From the IMG/VR virus record IMGVR_UViG_3300032053_000032, positions 1 to 64,000 of that record: DNA of 64,000 nucleotides; one strand, 5' to 3'. The DNA is from a virus. A program made the position numbers and the translations under genes. The notes below the pieces were generated by a model. That model saw only the letters and a program-made list of their open reading frames with translations, did no database searches and was not told where the DNA came from. Positions 61,436 through 64,000 of the stretch are shown one piece after another. Each line of letters starts with the position of its first letter. Positions within the stretch are counted from its first letter, which is position 1.

Positions 61436-64000
61436 CAGCTACCCTCCCGCTCTACGCCGCCGCGGTACCGCCACGTCTTCGGGTTGAGACTGAAGAACCC
61501 CGTAACGTGGATGCGAACTGCGATCGGTGTCCGCTGTCCGCTGGCAAGCTCCGCTCTCGATGCATGCCAGCGGATGGCCGAGCGGGCGGGCTCTACGTCA
61601 TCGGAGACTTCCCGAATCAGAACGATGTCGCGGCCGGCCGGCCCTTTTCAGGTGGAACCGGCAGGCTCATCCGTCCTGCCGTGACCAAGCTGTGGAAGGG
61701 TGACGTCGCCTTCGACTCCGCGCTCAGATGCGCCCCAGGCCGTACGGGCATCGAGGAGTCGATGGTGGACGCCTGCCGTGGGTACCTCGCTGGAGTGCTT
61801 CGCCAGGTACGCCCGCAGCGCATACTCGCGCTCGGCGGATGGGCGGCGATGGCGGTCCTTGGTCGATCCCCGGCCCCGTTCTCTACCCGGCGTGCGTTCT
61901 CCTGGCTGTTCTCCGACGGGCAAGATCCGGTGCCCGTGTTCATGATGATGGGGCCTGGGTACGGCACGAGGAACCGCTTCGTTCAGAAGTGGTGGAACGA
62001 CGACCTCGCGTGGGCGCTCACCGCGGAGCCACCGTTTCCGCCAGTCTGGCAAGACGGAGAGATCCGTCTCGTAACGACGTTAGCCGAAGCAGAGGAGGCA
62101 GTCACCTCGCTACGCGCCGCGCCGTGGTTCGCGTTCGACGCCGAGACTTCTGGCAGGATGTTCGAGGACGAGTTCACCGTCCTATCTGTCGCTGCTACCA
62201 CGAAGGGATCCGATGTAGCGTGGTTCTGGGATGCAGTCGCTCTAGCTGATCCGGCCATCGTCTCGGTGTTCAAGCTCCTGATGGAAGACCACACGGTCAA
62301 GAAGGTCGGCCAGAACATCAAGTACGACATGCTCGCGCTCCGACGTGGGCTAGGTATCGTGCTCCGCGGCTTTCACGGAGACACACGCTTGTGGCGGAAG
62401 CTCGAAGATCCGGACGCTGCCGGCGACCTCGCGACCCTGAACGAGCTGGTTGGGATGGGTGGTCACAAGGACGAAGCCGAGGAGTACCTCGCGAAGTCGC
62501 GCCGTGCTCTAGCCAAGGCGCACCGTGGCTACAAGAAGAACCCCGACGAGCTATCGTTACTTGCTGTAGATCTGATCAACCGCGCACAGGTGCCACTCGT
62601 CGACTACCGGAACGGGACGACCATCCCGCGTGAAGGGATCATCGATCCAGCGATAGAGACGGCCGTACGTCTAGGCGCCGACCCGCTCAAGTACATCTAC
62701 GCCTTGCTCCCGTACGACATCATCGCCCGCTACAATGCACGCGACTCCATCGCGACGGCACGTCTTGGCGAACTGCTAGAAGACCGCATCTCGAAAGAGC
62801 CAGATCTGCAACGCACCTGGGACACGCTGATCAAGCCGGCCACGGATGCAGTCGCGCTCGTCGAGTACACCGGTATCGCCGTGGACGTCCCTGCCATCGA
62901 AGCCTTCCGCGATCACCTCGCGTTGCAGCTCTTGGACGTCACCTCGCGGCTCGACAAGTACGGCACGTTCAACCCAGCTTCCGTGCCGCAGGTACGCAAG
63001 CTGCTGTTCGAGACGCTGCATCTGACGCCACCTAAGACTACAGATTCTGGGCTGGCCTCGACGGACAACGAGTCCCTGGAGTCGATCCAGCATCAGCATC
63101 CAGTAGTCGGCGACCTCATCGCGTACCGCAAGATCACGAAGCTCAAGGGTACGTACGCGGACGGGATGCTTGAGCACGTCACGTCGGATCACCGGATCCA
63201 CCCTACGCTGAACCTGGACGGCGCTCGAAGTGGTCGCCTATCGTGTTCAGATCCAAACCTGCAGAACGTGCCTCGTGGCGAGTCCATCGAGGGTGCGATG
63301 GCGCGCAACTGCTTCGTTGCGCCGCTCGGTTCGACCCTGCTCCAGGCCGACTACAGCCAGCTTGAAATCCGCATCGCTGCCATGCTTTCCGGTGACGAGG
63401 TGATGATCGAGATCTTGAGGTCCGGGCACGACTTCCATCAGCGCACCGCGGAGTTCATCGCGCCGATCGTGTGGGGCATCAAGGCGCATCAGGTCACGAA
63501 GAAGCACCGCTCCGCAGCAAAGGCGTTCGTCTTCGGCGTCCTCTACGGCATGTCGGACGCCGGTGTGGCTTCTCGCGCGGGCTGCTCTCTGGAAGAGGCC
63601 GGGAAGATCCGTGAAGCGATTCTTGGCCGGTTCCGCAAGCTGGCGAAATACTGCCAGGAGCAGCTCGCCTACGCCCGCAAGCATGGGTTTGCCTGGACGT
63701 GGTGGGACGGCCATCAAGCGCGCCGCCGCCCGCTCTGGCATATCGGCGACTCGGATGCAGATGGTGCTCTCCGGTCGGTAGCTGAACACAGCTCGTGGAA
63801 CACACCCATCCAGGGAACCGCATCCGACTTCTGCCTCGCGTCGCTGATCGCTGTTCAACAGTGGATCGAGGAGGACGTCGTGCCGGCCAAGCTCGTGCTT
63901 ACCGTTCACGACTCGCTGATGCTTGAGGTAGTCGACTCGGCGCTACCCGAGGTAGCCTTTCAGCTTCGCCGGATCATGACGAGCTGGAACTCTCTCGGCG
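61432..64000 (+). CDS. polA: family A DNA polymerase with N-terminal uracil-DNA-glycosylase-like domain (3' truncated; absent from ORF track)
   Basis: Hand translation from GTG 61432: CDRCPL...IGDFP...GRPFSGGTG (UDG4-like); exonuclease FDAET, NIKYD, YNARD; polymerase SGRLSCSDPNLQN, ADYSQLEIR, RSAAKAFVFGVLYG, NTPIQGTASD, VHDSL. Confidence 0.92.
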   Translation, partial: MTATLPLYAAAVPPRLRVETEEPRNVDANCDRCPLSAGKLRSRCMPADGRAGGLYVIGDFPNQNDVAAGRPFSGGTGRLIRPAVTKLWKGDVAFDSALRCAPGRTGIEESMVDACRGYLAGVLRQVRPQRILALGGWAAMAVLGRSPAPFSTRRAFSWLFSDGQDPVPVFMMMGPGYGTRNRFVQKWWNDDLAWALTAEPPFPPVWQDGEIRLVTTLAEAEEAVTSLRAAPWFAFDAETSGRMFEDEFTVLSVAATTKGSDVAWFWDAVALADPAIVSVFKLLMEDHTVKKVGQNIKYDMLALRRGLGIVLRGFHGDTRLWRKLEDPDAAGDLATLNELVGMGGHKDEAEEYLAKSRRALAKAHRGYKKNPDELSLLAVDLINRAQVPLVDYRNGTTIPREGIIDPAIETAVRLGADPLKYIYALLPYDIIARYNARDSIATARLGELLEDRISKEPDLQRTWDTLIKPATDAVALVEYTGIAVDVPAIEAFRDHLALQLLDVTSRLDKYGTFNPASVPQVRKLLFETLHLTPPKTTDSGLASTDNESLESIQHQHPVVGDLIAYRKITKLKGTYADGMLEHVTSDHRIHPTLNLDGARSGRLSCSDPNLQNVPRGESIEGAMARNCFVAPLGSTLLQADYSQLEIRIAAMLSGDEVMIEILRSGHDFHQRTAEFIAPIVWGIKAHQVTKKHRSAAKAFVFGVLYGMSDAGVASRAGCSLEEAGKIREAILGRFRKLAKYCQEQLAYARKHGFAWTWWDGHQARRRPLWHIGDSDADGALRSVAEHSSWNTPIQGTASDFCLASLIAVQQWIEEDVVPAKLVLTVHDSLMLEVVDSALPEVAFQLRRIMTSWNSLG

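Overview
This window is a 64-kb fragment of a GC-rich, contractile-tailed (myovirus-type) dsDNA phage. No integrase, tRNA or CRISPR array is recognisable, and terminase and portal lie outside the window. Positions 1-39.8 kb (+) hold the morphogenesis and lysis arm: head genes (HNH, Mu F-like protein, scaffold, major capsid), head-tail connectors, sheath, tube, chaperone, tape measure, a P2/Mu-type baseplate, several fibres and receptor-binding proteins, holin-like genes and an Amidase_2 endolysin. Positions 39.7-49.5 kb (-) hold an accessory arm: TSCPD domain, PD-(D/E)XK nuclease, metallopeptidase-vWA plus AAA ATPase, two gamma-glutamyl-cyclotransferase-fold genes and an amidoligase. Positions 49.9-64 kb (+) hold early and replication genes: sigma-like factor, HTH protein, SF2 helicase, putative initiator with an internal origin, DnaB-like helicase, primase, and a UDG-like/PolA fusion that runs off the window end. 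The most unusual observations are: (1) a canonical -1 frameshift site with a stimulatory hairpin that would fuse the holin-like protein to a start-less helix plus four-beta-strand anchor ending in an outer-membrane beta-signal, a candidate new spanin-like lysis protein; (2) an adenylating enzyme fused to a PKS-type methyltransferase plus a MaoC-like dehydratase embedded among the head genes; (3) a separately promoted array of four micropeptides that all end in PFKL(G/N); (4) a roughly 400-nt promoter-driven structured non-coding region after the capsid gene; and (5) a family of leaderless promoters sharing a GAAAGCG box, plus a divergent pair of sigma54-like elements. All functional calls come from motif recognition and synteny by eye; no database searches were run.
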